64,000 nucleotides of DNA from an uncultured Pseudomonadota bacterium (GCA_903829815.1 CAIKRR010000005.1:506-64505); one strand, 5' to 3'; positions 18,482 to 28,617 are shown, numbered from the stretch's first letter. Made by a program: numbers and translations. Notes: a model not told the origin generated them from the sequence alone.

Positions 18482-19452
18482 CGGCTGCGCCTCACGACCA
18501 GACTCAGCAGAACCGGCACACCCATCAGCGCCAGCAGGGCACCGGCGGGCAATTCGCCCGGCGCGATCAGCGTACGTGCCAGCGTATCGGCCAGGGTAAC
18601 CAGCGTCCCCCCCGCGAGCACGGCAATGGGCGCGAGGATGCGGTGCGCATGCACGCCGCTCAGGCGCAGCAGGTGCGGAACCGCCAGCCCGACAAAACCG
18701 AGGTTTCCGGCCAGCATCACCGCGGCGGCACTTGCCAGCGCGGCACAGCCCAGCATCGCCCACTGCAGGGGGCGTACCGCTACCCCGAGGCTCATCGCCT
18801 TGGCCTCGCCCAGCGCCAGCAGGTCCAGACCGTCGGCGCATCCGATCGCCGCGGCGAGAGTCATTGCAAGGATGGCGGCAGCGCTTGCACTGGGCATGGC
18901 GTTGGACAGATCGCCCATCAGCCAGAACAGCATGCCGGGCAGATCACCCGGTGGAGCGAGCGCAAGCATCAGGCTCACCAGGGCCCCTGCGCCGGCTGCG
19001 ATGGCGAGGCCGGCCAGGGTGAGCCGATGCGGATCGAAGGCCAGGCGATGACTGCCAAGCAGCAGGACGGCACTGGCGCAGGTGGCGGCCCCTGCCAGAG
19101 CCGCCAGTGGGGGTGGCAGTGCGCCGTGCCACAGCATGGCCGAGAGCGCACCCACCGAGGCGCCGCCCGATATGCCCAGCAGATAGGGGTCGGCCAGCGG
19201 GTTGCGTAGCAGTGCCTGCATCAGCACCCCAGCCAGCGCGAGCAGGCCTCCGGTCATGAAGGCGGCAATCGCGCGCGGTCCGCGCAGGTCCCAGACGATG
19301 GTGTGTTCCAGTTCGTTACCCCCGCCCGCGAGCAGCGCCATCCAGTGCGTCGGGTCGATGGCGACGCTGCCAAAGGCGAGCGCAAGCGCAAGGCTGATGG
19401 GGGCCAGGGCGATCGTCAGCGCGACCGCCTCGCGGGACAGCGCACGCCTCAT
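18478..19452 (-). CDS. FecCD/BtuC family ABC permease
   Basis: IVWDLRGPR, MQALLRNPLADPYLLGISGGA, FWLMGDL, GFVGLAVPH, ELPAG motifs. Confidence 0.9.
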   Translation of the reverse strand: MRRALSREAVALTIALAPISLALALAFGSVAIDPTHWMALLAGGGNELEHTIVWDLRGPRAIAAFMTGGLLALAGVLMQALLRNPLADPYLLGISGGASVGALSAMLWHGALPPPLAALAGAATCASAVLLLGSHRLAFDPHRLTLAGLAIAAGAGALVSLMLALAPPGDLPGMLFWLMGDLSNAMPSASAAAILAMTLAAAIGCADGLDLLALGEAKAMSLGVAVRPLQWAMLGCAALASAAAVMLAGNLGFVGLAVPHLLRLSGVHAHRILAPIAVLAGGTLVTLADTLARTLIAPGELPAGALLALMGVPVLLSLVVRRSR

Positions 19453-20117
19453 GCAGTGCGGTGCAGGTGCATGATCGGCCAGCCGCGTGCCTGGGCTGCG
19501 GCGTGTAGCCTGTCGTCCGGATCGACCGCTACCGGGTGCACCACGCGCTCGAGCAGCGGCAGGTCGTTGGCCGAATCGCTGTAGAACCAGCTCTCGGCCA
19601 CCTGGTTCCACCCGCCGCGCGGGGCGAGCCACTGCTCGAGCCGGGTGACCTTGCCCTCGCGGAAGGAGGGCAAGCCGCTTGGACGACCGGTGAATCGACC
19701 GGCCTGTTCCTCGACCTCGGTAGCAATGAGGTGATCGACGCCGAATTGCCGCGCAATCGGCGCCGTGACAAAGGTGTTGGTGGCCGTGATGATGACGCAC
19801 TCGTGGCCCGCGTCTTGATGTCCGGCCACCAGTGCGCGAGCGCGTTCGGTGATGGCGGGGAGGATGCGCTTGCGCATGAAATCCTGATGCCAGGCATCGA
19901 GCTGACTGCGCGGGTAGCGGGCGAGGGCCGCCAACTGGAAGTCGAGAAAGGCGTAGATGTCGAGTGTGCCGGCCTTGTAATCTTCGTAAAAGGCCAGATT
20001 GCGCGATTCGTGCTCGGTGCGGTCCAGGATGCCGATGCCGATCAGGTACTGCGCCCATTCGTAGTCGCTGTCGCAGGCAAGGAGCGTGTTGTCGAGGTCG
20101 AACAGGGCAAGCTTCAT
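19449..20117 (-). CDS. HAD-IB family phosphatase (histidinol-phosphatase HisN-like)
   Basis: LALFDLDNTLLACDSD motif I, ITAT motif II, FREGK, FYSDSANDLPLL motif IV. Confidence 0.85.
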   Translation of the reverse strand: MKLALFDLDNTLLACDSDYEWAQYLIGIGILDRTEHESRNLAFYEDYKAGTLDIYAFLDFQLAALARYPRSQLDAWHQDFMRKRILPAITERARALVAGHQDAGHECVIITATNTFVTAPIARQFGVDHLIATEVEEQAGRFTGRPSGLPSFREGKVTRLEQWLAPRGGWNQVAESWFYSDSANDLPLLERVVHPVAVDPDDRLHAAAQARGWPIMHLHRTA

Positions 20118-20806
20118 CGTGCGGCCTTTGAGTCGGATCGGGCAATGAGTTCGCGCATCACGTCGCGCAGCAGCGGCACGGTGAGCGGACGATGCAGGCT
20201 GAGCGAGCGCCGGTCGATGGCGCCCAGAATGGCCATCAGCGTACTCATGTCGCGAGGCGCCCGGCTCATCAGGTACTCGAGAAGATCGGCGTCCAGTGCA
20301 AAGCCCAGCGATCTGGCCTGGGTCTCGAGTGCGGCGCGCGCTTGCGCCTCGCTCAGTGCTTCCAGCGCCAGGTTGAGGCACTGCGCAAGCCGGCTTCTCA
20401 AGTCATCGCGCAGGGCCAGGTCGCGGGCAAGCGGGCGACCGCTCGCCAGCAGGCAGCCGCCCGCCTGCCGTGTCTCGTTGATCAGGTCGAAGGCGGCGAT
20501 CTGTGCCACCGGGTCGAGCTGGTCGGCGTCATCAATGAGCAGGAGAAAGCGCTCGTCATCGGGTCGGCTGGCATCACGGCCAAACCAGTGCACGACCCTG
20601 TCATGGTGTGATGCCAAAGCGCCTGTGGCGCGCAGCAGATGGGTGCGACCGCTCCCTGCAGGGCCCCACAAGTAGACCCAGCGTTCGGGTCCGCTGCCGT
20701 CGATGAGGTCACGCAGCGTGGCCACGGCCGCCTGGTTGCCGCCGGCGACATAGTTGTCGAGGCTGGGCTCAGGTGCAGGGGCCAGATTGAGGGGCAGTTG
20801 CTCCAT
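20114..20806 (-). CDS. hda: DnaA regulatory inactivator Hda
   Basis: N-terminal clamp motif [28 protein letters not shown]; divergent from purM. Confidence 0.92.
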   Translation of the reverse strand: MEQLPLNLAPAPEPSLDNYVAGGNQAAVATLRDLIDGSGPERWVYLWGPAGSGRTHLLRATGALASHHDRVVHWFGRDASRPDDERFLLLIDDADQLDPVAQIAAFDLINETRQAGGCLLASGRPLARDLALRDDLRSRLAQCLNLALEALSEAQARAALETQARSLGFALDADLLEYLMSRAPRDMSTLMAILGAIDRRSLSLHRPLTVPLLRDVMRELIARSDSKAAR

Positions 20807-20880
20807 GGACGCTCGGGCCGGTGTGCCGATCGATTAGAATGGGCCTGAACTATAACCGCTGCGCAGCCCCGCCCTCGAAC

Positions 20881-21930
20881 ATGACGATGCCCCCCGATTC
20901 AGCGGTCCCCTTGAGCTACCGAGACGCAGGCGTCGACATCGACGCGGGTGATGCACTGGTCGAACGCATCAAGCCGCTTGCGCGTCGCACGATGCGTCCG
21001 GAAGTGCTCACCGGCATTGGCGGTTTCGGTGCACTGGTTGAAGTGTCCAGCCGCTACCGCCAGCCGGTACTCGTATCGGGTACCGATGGCGTCGGCACCA
21101 AGCTGCGATTGGCCTTCCGGCTGGGGCGGCACGACACGGTGGGCATCGATCTGGTGGCAATGAGCGTCAATGATGTTCTCGTTCAGGGTGCGGAGCCGCT
21201 CTTCTTTCTTGATTACTTTGCCTGCGGACGGCTCGATGTCGACATGGCGGCTCAGGTCATCGGGGGTGTGGCCCGCGGATGCGAACTGGCCGGCTGCGCC
21301 CTCATCGGTGGCGAGACCGCCGAGATGCCCGACAGCTATCCCGAGGGCGAATACGACCTGGCCGGTTTTGCCGTGGGCGTTGTCGAGCGCGATGCCATCA
21401 TCACCGGCGAGCAGATTGGCGTCGGTGACGTCGTGCTCGGGCTCGCCTCCAGTGGCCCGCACTCGAACGGCTATTCGCTCATTCGGCGCATCGTCGCGCG
21501 CGCCGGTGATGATCTGTCGGTGATGGTGGGTGGACGAACCCTCGCCGATGCCCTCATCGAGCCGACGCGCATCTATGTGAAGCCGGTGCTGGCCCTGCGC
21601 ACCCAGATCACGCTGAAGGGCCTTGCCCACATCACCGGTGGTGGTCTGCTCGAGAACGTGCCACGCGTGCTGCCCGCCGGTGTGAAGGCGGTGCTCGATG
21701 CGTCAAGCTGGCCGCGGCCCACCGTGTTCGACTGGTTGCAGCAGGCGGGGGCCGTCGATGCCACCGAGATGCACCGCGTCTTCAACTGCGGCATCGGCAT
21801 GGTGCTGGTCGTCGCGGCGGCCGATGCGTCGGCCGCGTTGGCGGCGCTGCGCTCGAGCGGCGAGACTGCCTTTGAAATCGGGCGCATCGAGGCGCGCCGT
21901 GGTGACGAAGCGCAGACCGAGGTGCGCTGA
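20881..21930 (+). CDS. purM: Phosphoribosylformylglycinamidine cyclo-ligase
   Basis: [46 protein letters not shown]. Confidence 0.97.
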   Translation: MTMPPDSAVPLSYRDAGVDIDAGDALVERIKPLARRTMRPEVLTGIGGFGALVEVSSRYRQPVLVSGTDGVGTKLRLAFRLGRHDTVGIDLVAMSVNDVLVQGAEPLFFLDYFACGRLDVDMAAQVIGGVARGCELAGCALIGGETAEMPDSYPEGEYDLAGFAVGVVERDAIITGEQIGVGDVVLGLASSGPHSNGYSLIRRIVARAGDDLSVMVGGRTLADALIEPTRIYVKPVLALRTQITLKGLAHITGGGLLENVPRVLPAGVKAVLDASSWPRPTVFDWLQQAGAVDATEMHRVFNCGIGMVLVVAAADASAALAALRSSGETAFEIGRIEARRGDEAQTEVR

Positions 21931-21936
21931 GCGACC

Positions 21937-24900
21937 ATGCCGGCACCCGCCTTCGTTCACCTCAGGCTGCACTCGGAGTTCTCGGTCAGCGATGGCACGG
22001 TCCGGATCGACGAGGCGGTAGCCCGTGCGGCGGCTGATGGCATGGCGGCGCTCGCCATCACCGATCTGAGCAATCTCTTTGGCATGGTCAAGTTCTACCG
22101 GGCTGCCCGCGCGGCCGGGGTGAAGCCCATTGTCGGGGTCGACTGCTGGATCACCAACGACGAGGACCGTGACAAGCCCTCCCGCTTGCTGCTCCTCGTG
22201 CGCTCGCGCGAGGGGTACCTGCGCCTGTGCGAGATTCTGAGTCGTGCCTGGCTCACCAACCAGCATCGCGGTCGTGCCGAGATCCGGCGCGAGTGGCTGG
22301 TCGAGTCCAGCCACGGGCTCATTGCGCTCTCGGGCGGACAGGCGGGTGATGTCGGCGCGGCGCTCGCAGCGGGCAACGAGGCTGCGGCGCGTCGGTTTGC
22401 CCGCGCCTGGGCCGAAGCCTTTCCTGATGCGTTCTACATCGAGGTTCAGCGTGCCGGCGCACCTGGCACTGAGACTTATGTGGCTGGGGCGGTCGCCATC
22501 GCTGCCGAACTGGCCATTCCTGTCGTGGCCACGCATCCGGTGCAGTTTCTGCGCGCTGATGAATTCAAGGCGCACGAGGCACGGGTCTGCATTGCCGAAG
22601 GCTATACGCTCTCTGATCGCCGCCGCCCGCGGGTGCACACGCCCGAGAGCTGGTTTCGCTCGCAGGCCGACATGCAGGCGCTCTTTGCCGACATGCCCGA
22701 GGCACTGGCCAACGCGGTCGAGATTGCGCGCCGCTGCAATCTGATACTCGAACTCGGGCGGCCACGCCTGCCGCCTTTTCCGACGCCTGAAGGGGTGTCG
22801 ATCGATGACTTTCTGGCGAGCGAGTCTGATGCCGGGCTCGAGCGGCGGCTGCGTTCGATCTACCCCGATGAGGCTGAGCGCGAGCGCGAACGCGCGCGCT
22901 ACGTGGCGCGACTGGCCTTCGAGACGAAGACCATCGTCCAGATGGGGTTCCCAGGCTACTTCCTCATCGTTGCCGACTTCATCAACTGGGCCAAGAACAA
23001 CGGTGTGCCGGTGGGCCCCGGGCGAGGGTCGGGCGCCGGCTCGCTCGTGGCCTATGCACTGGGCATCACCGATCTTGACCCGTTGCGCTATGACCTCCTC
23101 TTCGAGCGCTTTCTGAACCCCGAGCGGGTATCGATGCCCGACTTCGACATCGACTTCTGCCAGGACGGGCGTGATCGGGTCATCGATTATGTGAAGAAGA
23201 AGTATGGTGCGGCGTCGGTCTCGCAGATCGCCACCTTCGGCACGATGGCAGCGAAAGCGGTGGTGCGTGATGTCGGTCGGGTGATGGACTGGAACTACGG
23301 TCGCACTGATGAACTGGCCAAGCTCATTCCGTTTCAGCCGGGCAAGCTCATCACGCTGGAACTCGCGCGCGAGATGGAACCGCGCCTCGCGCAGCGCGAG
23401 GCCGAGGACGAAGACACGCGCGACTTGCTGGCACTGGCCGGACAGCTCGAAGGGCTCACCCGCAACGTTGGCATGCACGCGGGCGGCGTGCTGATCGCCC
23501 CAGGGCGCCTCACCGACTTCTGTCCGCTCTATGCGGCGCAGGGCGCCGACAGCGTCGTGTCGCAGTTCGACAAGGATGATGTCGAGGCGGTGGGGCTGGT
23601 GAAGTTCGACTTTCTGGGTCTCACGACGCTCACCATTCTCGACTGGACGCTGCGATTCATTCGCCGGCTCGACCCGCAGAGTGCCATCGACCTGGAGCGT
23701 CTGCCACTCGATGACGCGGCGGCGTACCGGATCTTTGCCGATGGCAATACCACGGCCGTATTCCAGTTCGAATCGCGCGGCATGCGCGACCTGCTCAAGC
23801 GGGCGCGCCCCGACCGTTTCGAGGACATCATCGCGCTGGTGGCACTCTATCGGCCGGGGCCGATGGATCTCATTCCCGACTTCATCGATCGCAAGCACGG
23901 GCGCGAGCAGGTGGTGCATCTCGACCCCCGGCTCGAGCCGATTCTGGGTTCGACCTACGGCGTCATGGTCTACCAGGAACAGGTGATGCAGATCGCCCAG
24001 GTGATTGGCGGCTACTCGCTGGGTGGTGCCGATCTGCTGCGTCGTGCCATGGGCAAGAAGAAGGCCGAGGAGATGGCCACCCAGCGCGACATCTTCGTGG
24101 CGGGCGCGGCCAACAACGGGGTCGAGGGCGCACGCGCGAGCGAACTCTTCGACATGATGGAGAAGTTTGCCGGCTACGGCTTCAACAAGTCGCACGCCGC
24201 CGCCTATGCCCTGGTGGCCTACCAGACGGCCTGGTTCAAGGCGCACCACCCGGCGGCCTTCATGGCCGCCAACATGTCGGCGGTGATGGATGACACCGAC
24301 AAGGTGAACCAGTTCTGTGCCGACGCAAAGGTACTTGGCCTCACCTTGCTGCCGCCCGATGTCAATGCGTCCGAATACCGCTTCGTGCCGGTCGATCCGC
24401 GCACTATCCGCTTCGGTCTGGGTGGGGTGAAGGGTACCGGCGAGAGCGCTGTCGAGGCCATTGTCGCTGCGCGCGAGGCCGGCCCCTTTGTCGACTTCTT
24501 CGATTTCTGCCGGCGCATCGACAAGCGGGTGGTCAACCGGCGTGCGATCGAGGCCATGATTCGGGGTGGGGCGTTCGATGCGATCAGCCCCCATCGCGCC
24601 GCCCTGATGGCGTCCATCGAGCGCGGGCTGGCAGCCGCCGAACAGGCCGAGCGTGATGCGCAGCAGTCAAGCCTCTTTGGTGATGCCGACCACGGCGGCA
24701 GTGCAGCGCTCGATCTGGTGGAGGCGCCTCGCTGGGATGAGCGTGTGCGGTTGCAGGAGGAGAAGGCTGCACTCGGTTTCTACCTGAGCGGCCATCCGTT
24801 CGACATCTACTCGGCCGAGTTGCGTCGGGTGGCCCGCACGCCGTTGGCCTCGCTGGTGGCGCGGCCCGAGGCGGTGATGCTGGCCGGCGTCGTCGCCAGT

Positions 24901-25362
24901 TCACGCATCCAGCAGACGCGTCGCGGGCGCATGGCGGTGATCGTGCTCGACGATGCCACGACGCAGATCGAGGTGATGGCGTTCAGCGAACTCTTCGAAG
25001 CGCACCGCGAACAGATTCGCGATGATCGGCCCCTGGTGATCCAGGGCAAGGTGCAGCGCGATGACTTCTCGGGCGGTACGCGGGTGACTGCCGAGCGCAT
25101 ATTCGATCTGGGCGCCTTTCGCGCCCGCTACGGCAAGGGCCTGCGCCTGTCGATGAATGGCGAGGCCAATGCACGGCGTCTGCACGACCTGCTGGCGCCG
25201 TTTCGAAATGGTGCGATGCCGGTCACCATCGACTACCACCGCAATGGGGCCGCCTGCCGCGCGCGGCTCGGTGCCGAGTGGCAGGTCACGCCCGATGAGC
25301 AGTTGATCGACGACCTGCGCGCCTGGCTGCGCCCGGAGAACGTGCAGGTCGATTACGCCTGA
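21937..25362 (+). CDS. dnaE: DNA polymerase III alpha subunit
   Basis: PHP motif FVHLRLHSEFS, GPGRGSGAGS, PDFDIDF, VKFDFLGL, YGFNKSH, clamp motif QSSLF. Confidence 0.98.
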   Translation: MPAPAFVHLRLHSEFSVSDGTVRIDEAVARAAADGMAALAITDLSNLFGMVKFYRAARAAGVKPIVGVDCWITNDEDRDKPSRLLLLVRSREGYLRLCEILSRAWLTNQHRGRAEIRREWLVESSHGLIALSGGQAGDVGAALAAGNEAAARRFARAWAEAFPDAFYIEVQRAGAPGTETYVAGAVAIAAELAIPVVATHPVQFLRADEFKAHEARVCIAEGYTLSDRRRPRVHTPESWFRSQADMQALFADMPEALANAVEIARRCNLILELGRPRLPPFPTPEGVSIDDFLASESDAGLERRLRSIYPDEAERERERARYVARLAFETKTIVQMGFPGYFLIVADFINWAKNNGVPVGPGRGSGAGSLVAYALGITDLDPLRYDLLFERFLNPERVSMPDFDIDFCQDGRDRVIDYVKKKYGAASVSQIATFGTMAAKAVVRDVGRVMDWNYGRTDELAKLIPFQPGKLITLELAREMEPRLAQREAEDEDTRDLLALAGQLEGLTRNVGMHAGGVLIAPGRLTDFCPLYAAQGADSVVSQFDKDDVEAVGLVKFDFLGLTTLTILDWTLRFIRRLDPQSAIDLERLPLDDAAAYRIFADGNTTAVFQFESRGMRDLLKRARPDRFEDIIALVALYRPGPMDLIPDFIDRKHGREQVVHLDPRLEPILGSTYGVMVYQEQVMQIAQVIGGYSLGGADLLRRAMGKKKAEEMATQRDIFVAGAANNGVEGARASELFDMMEKFAGYGFNKSHAAAYALVAYQTAWFKAHHPAAFMAANMSAVMDDTDKVNQFCADAKVLGLTLLPPDVNASEYRFVPVDPRTIRFGLGGVKGTGESAVEAIVAAREAGPFVDFFDFCRRIDKRVVNRRAIEAMIRGGAFDAISPHRAALMASIERGLAAAEQAERDAQQSSLFGDADHGGSAALDLVEAPRWDERVRLQEEKAALGFYLSGHPFDIYSAELRRVARTPLASLVARPEAVMLAGVVASSRIQQTRRGRMAVIVLDDATTQIEVMAFSELFEAHREQIRDDRPLVIQGKVQRDDFSGGTRVTAERIFDLGAFRARYGKGLRLSMNGEANARRLHDLLAPFRNGAMPVTIDYHRNGAACRARLGAEWQVTPDEQLIDDLRAWLRPENVQVDYA

Positions 25363-26099
25363 GGCAGGGGTTGGCCGCTGCGGTGGGGTCGATCGTCGAG
25401 CACTTCACGCGCTGAATCCGTGCGCTCGGCAAGCGCCAGTTGATCGATGACCTGCTGCTGCACCATGCGCATGTGCGCACGCATGGCACGCTCGGCCTCG
25501 TCGGGGTCGCGCGCGGCGATGGCGCGGGCTACCTGCATGTGTTCCGCGTCGCGCTGCCGCAGGCGCCCGGCGGGACGCTCGCGGACCGTCTTCACGTGGA
25601 TGCGGGCGTTGCGTCCGATCTGACGCAGCAGGCCATAAAGATCGGCGGCCAGATTGTTGCGTGTGGCTGCGGCGATCGCCCGGTGGAATTCCAGATCTGC
25701 CCCCGCGCTTTGACTCTCCGCCAGCGTGGTGGCGGTGCGCATGATGCGCGCGATATCGATTGGCGTGGCGCGCAGGGCGGCCATGCGCGCCAGAACCGGT
25801 TCGAGTGCGACGCGCAGTTCGGCCACCTCGATCGGGTTGGTGCGGTGGACGAGAGCGGCACTGCTGCGAGCAAGCCCGCGCGGTATTGGGGGCTTGCCCA
25901 GTTCGCCCGAGGCGCGCAGTGCGGCCAGCGCCTGACGCAACCGGTGACGCGTCACACCGAACTCGGCGACCATCGCCCGTTCTGCCGGCAGCGGTTGCCC
26001 GCTGTTGGCGCGCTCGCGCAATTGATCGCACAGCAAGCCCGAGGCGCTGTCTGGCGGAGATCTCCGGTGTCGCCCGCCGGGGCCTGATGATGTGCCCAC
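25353..26099 (-). CDS. GntR/FadR family transcriptional regulator (FCD domain)
   Basis: LPAERAMVAEFGVTRHRLRQAL wHTH; ELRVALEP, DLEFHRAIA, EHMQVARAI, AMRAHM; GAGGAG RBS before GTG 26099. Confidence 0.88.
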   Translation of the reverse strand: MGTSSGPGGRHRRSPPDSASGLLCDQLRERANSGQPLPAERAMVAEFGVTRHRLRQALAALRASGELGKPPIPRGLARSSAALVHRTNPIEVAELRVALEPVLARMAALRATPIDIARIMRTATTLAESQSAGADLEFHRAIAAATRNNLAADLYGLLRQIGRNARIHVKTVRERPAGRLRQRDAEHMQVARAIAARDPDEAERAMRAHMRMVQQQVIDQLALAERTDSAREVLDDRPHRSGQPLPQA

Positions 26100-26126
26100 T
26101 GATCCTCTCCTCATTGGCTGACTGAC

Positions 26127-26172
26127 TCAACCAGATTGTATCTTGGTTGATTAAAACTTCAATTCTGGTTGA
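26127..26172. promoter_or_regulatory. Putative GntR/FadR operator in an AT-rich divergent promoter
   Basis: Inverted repeat TCAACCA-N10-TGGTTGA (26127-26150) plus TCTGGTTGA (26164-26172), the exact reverse complement of TCAACCAGA (26127-26135). Confidence 0.6.
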
Positions 26173-26457
26173 AGAGGGGATGGTGCTTGCGCAAGCGGCC
26201 GGCCGGCGCTACGCTCTCCAGACAGGGTTGTGACTGGTTGCTCGCGTGGTCGAATCTCGATCGCAGGGGCAACCCGGTCCACCGGATTCGCTGACGCGGA
26301 GGGCGCTTTCGATGGGTGACATGACGGACAACGCCGCGGCTGCCGTGGCCGAGGAGATCCGCCTGCAGGCCTGATCGAGGTCCTGTCGCCGCACGCTGCA
26401 CCCGAGCCCGCCTGAGCGGAACGGGCTCAGCCCATCAACAAAGGGGAACACCGACTC

Positions 26458-26844
26458 ATGGCCAACGAACGCGTCACCACTTTCGGCAAGAAGAATCCCA
26501 ACCTGCCTTTCCACCCGGCAGTACGCGCCGGGGACTTCGTCTTCCTGTCCGGACAGGTCGCAAAGGATGAGGCAGGCAACATGGTCGAGGGCACGATCGA
26601 GGTCGAGACTCACGCCACCATCAAGGCCTGCCAGCGCATCCTTGCCCTGGCTGACTGCACGCTCGACGATGTGGTGAAGGTGACCACCTATCTGCAGGAC
26701 GCGCGCGATTTCGGTCGCTACAACGGTGTCTTCAAGGAGTACTTTCCCGAAGGCCGGCTCGCCCGCACCACGGTCGAGGCGCGAGCGGTCATCAGCACTC
26801 GCATCGAGATCGAACTGGTGGCCTACAAACCCCTGGCCGGCTGA
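26458..26844 (+). CDS. RidA/YjgF/UK114 family protein
   Basis: AVRAGDFVFLSGQV, DVVKVTTYL, ARTTV (catalytic Arg), IEIELVAY. Confidence 0.92.
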   Translation: MANERVTTFGKKNPNLPFHPAVRAGDFVFLSGQVAKDEAGNMVEGTIEVETHATIKACQRILALADCTLDDVVKVTTYLQDARDFGRYNGVFKEYFPEGRLARTTVEARAVISTRIEIELVAYKPLAG

Positions 26845-26878
26845 CCGGCAGGAACCCCCTTTCATACGGAGAAAACGC

Positions 26879-27478
26879 ATGTACAAGCTACTCGGTCGGG
26901 CGACGTCCGGCAATGTCCAGAAGGTCCTCTTCCTCCTCGAGGAGCTGGGTGTCCCCTATGAGCGTCTCGATTACGGTCGCCAGTACGAGAACACCACCAC
27001 CGCCGAATACCTGGCGATGAATCCGACCGCGAAGGTGCCGACCCTGGTCGATGGCGACGTGTCGATCTGGGAGTCGCATGCCATCCTTCGTTATGTCGCC
27101 AGCCGCGAGAAGGCTGCCGCGCTCTACCCGGTGGATCTGGCTGCCCGGTCGCACGTCGATCGCTGGATGGACTGGATGCTCGCCTCGCTCAATCCGGTAT
27201 TCATGGCCGGGTTTCGCGATGCCAAGAAGCCTGAGGCCGAGCGTGGAGCCGACACGGGCAAGAATCTTGCCGCCGAGTTGAAGATTCTCGATGGGCAACT
27301 GGCGCGGACCCCGTTCATCGCCGGCCATGAGCTCACGCTGGCTGACATGACACTTGGCCCGGTCGTGCGTCGGTGCGTCGCCATGCCGTTCGGGTTGCCG
27401 GCCTTCCCGCATGTGGCCGCCTGGCTCGAGCGCATGAACGCGCGTCCTGCCTTCGTCAAGGCAACCGCGGCCGGCTGA
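26879..27478 (+). CDS. Glutathione S-transferase (GstB-like)
   Basis: GRATSGNVQKV, MNPTAKVPTL, WESHAILRY, LTLAD. Confidence 0.92.
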   Translation: MYKLLGRATSGNVQKVLFLLEELGVPYERLDYGRQYENTTTAEYLAMNPTAKVPTLVDGDVSIWESHAILRYVASREKAAALYPVDLAARSHVDRWMDWMLASLNPVFMAGFRDAKKPEAERGADTGKNLAAELKILDGQLARTPFIAGHELTLADMTLGPVVRRCVAMPFGLPAFPHVAAWLERMNARPAFVKATAAG

Positions 27479-27540
27479 GCGCACTGCCTCGCCTCGTCGC
27501 CCACCGTCTGAACCTGGCTGATTCTCGGGAGCAGTCCGAC

Positions 27541-28536
27541 ATGATTCATCGTGCTCGTAGCGCAGTTCTTCGTCTGGCGCTCGCCGCCACGCTCGGAATT
27601 GTGGCGGCCGCCGGCAGTGTCGCCAGCCTGGCTGCCGAGCCCTGGCCTTCGAAGCCGGTGCGATGGATCGTGCCGGCGGCGGCAGGGTCCGCTCCCGACA
27701 TCATCGCGCGCATCCTCTCGGAGAAGGTGTCACCGGGGCTTGGTCAGCAGGTGGTGATCGACAATCGTGCGGGGGCGGCAGGCAATATCGCCGCCCAGCT
27801 CACGGCGCACGCTGCCGCTGACGGGTACACCTATCTCTTTGGTCAGGCTTCGACGCTGGCCGTCAACCCCTACACATTCAAGTCGACCGGGTTCGACGCC
27901 GATCGCGATTTCACTGGCGTGATCAGCATCGGGGTCAGCCCCTTCATGGTCGGGGTGACGCCCTCGCTCAAGCTGAGCAGCGTGGCCGAACTGGTGGCGC
28001 ATGCTCGCGCACAGCCCGGCGCGCTCTCCTTTGCGACATCGTCATCGCGCAATCTCTCGCATATTTCGGGCGAGATGTTGAAGAGCGCCACCGGCATCGA
28101 CATGGTGCACGTGCCCTACAAGGGCAGTCAGCAGGCCGCCACCGACACGATCTCGGGGGTGACTCAGGTCTACATCGACAGCATCCCGGCGATGGCTGCT
28201 CACATCCAGAGCGGACGGCTGCGGGTGGTGGGGGTCACCGCACCCCGACGCGTCGCAGGCTTCGAGAACGTGCCCACGATCAACGAGACGATTCCCGGTT
28301 TCGAAGCCGTGGGGTGGTTTGCGATCGTGGCGCCGGCGGGCACTCCCACCGAGATCATCGCTGCGATGAACCGCGAGGTGAACAAGGTCCTCACCCAGCC
28401 CGATGTCGCCGCGCGCATGCGCCAGTTCGGCATGTTCGATTACGGTGGAACCCCGGCCGATCTCGATCGCTTCATGCGGGCCGAACGGACCAAGTGGGCG
28501 CGGGTCATTCGCGAGGCGAAGATCGACCCCGAATGA
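27541..28536 (+). CDS. Bug/TctC family substrate-binding protein
   Basis: Signal peptide; WPSKPVRWIVP, DNRAGAAG, DGYT, HVPYKG, WARVIREAKI. Confidence 0.92.
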   Translation: MIHRARSAVLRLALAATLGIVAAAGSVASLAAEPWPSKPVRWIVPAAAGSAPDIIARILSEKVSPGLGQQVVIDNRAGAAGNIAAQLTAHAAADGYTYLFGQASTLAVNPYTFKSTGFDADRDFTGVISIGVSPFMVGVTPSLKLSSVAELVAHARAQPGALSFATSSSRNLSHISGEMLKSATGIDMVHVPYKGSQQAATDTISGVTQVYIDSIPAMAAHIQSGRLRVVGVTAPRRVAGFENVPTINETIPGFEAVGWFAIVAPAGTPTEIIAAMNREVNKVLTQPDVAARMRQFGMFDYGGTPADLDRFMRAERTKWARVIREAKIDPE

Positions 28537-28617
28537 GTGTTGTCGACGGGTCGCGTCATCGATCGGGCGCTGCCCGTCCCGGAAACGGGTGCAGATGGGT
28601 GTGTTTCGGGTTCCTTG

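Noticed and set aside
19440-19460. Cobalamin riboswitch ahead of the BtuC-like gene
   Set aside because: The gene overlaps the upstream CDS; there is no leader space and no B12 box was seen.
21703-24594. 963-aa antisense ORF opposite dnaE (likewise 42490-44421, 32593-34251, 9636-11198, 53312-55054)
   Set aside because: Shadow ORFs expected from high-GC codon bias; no motifs, and they lie opposite well-supported genes.
25405-26130. Possible frameshift at the GntR 5' end (alternative ORF MSQSANEE...)
   Set aside because: An in-frame GTG at 26099 with a GAGGAG RBS gives a complete wHTH-FCD protein.
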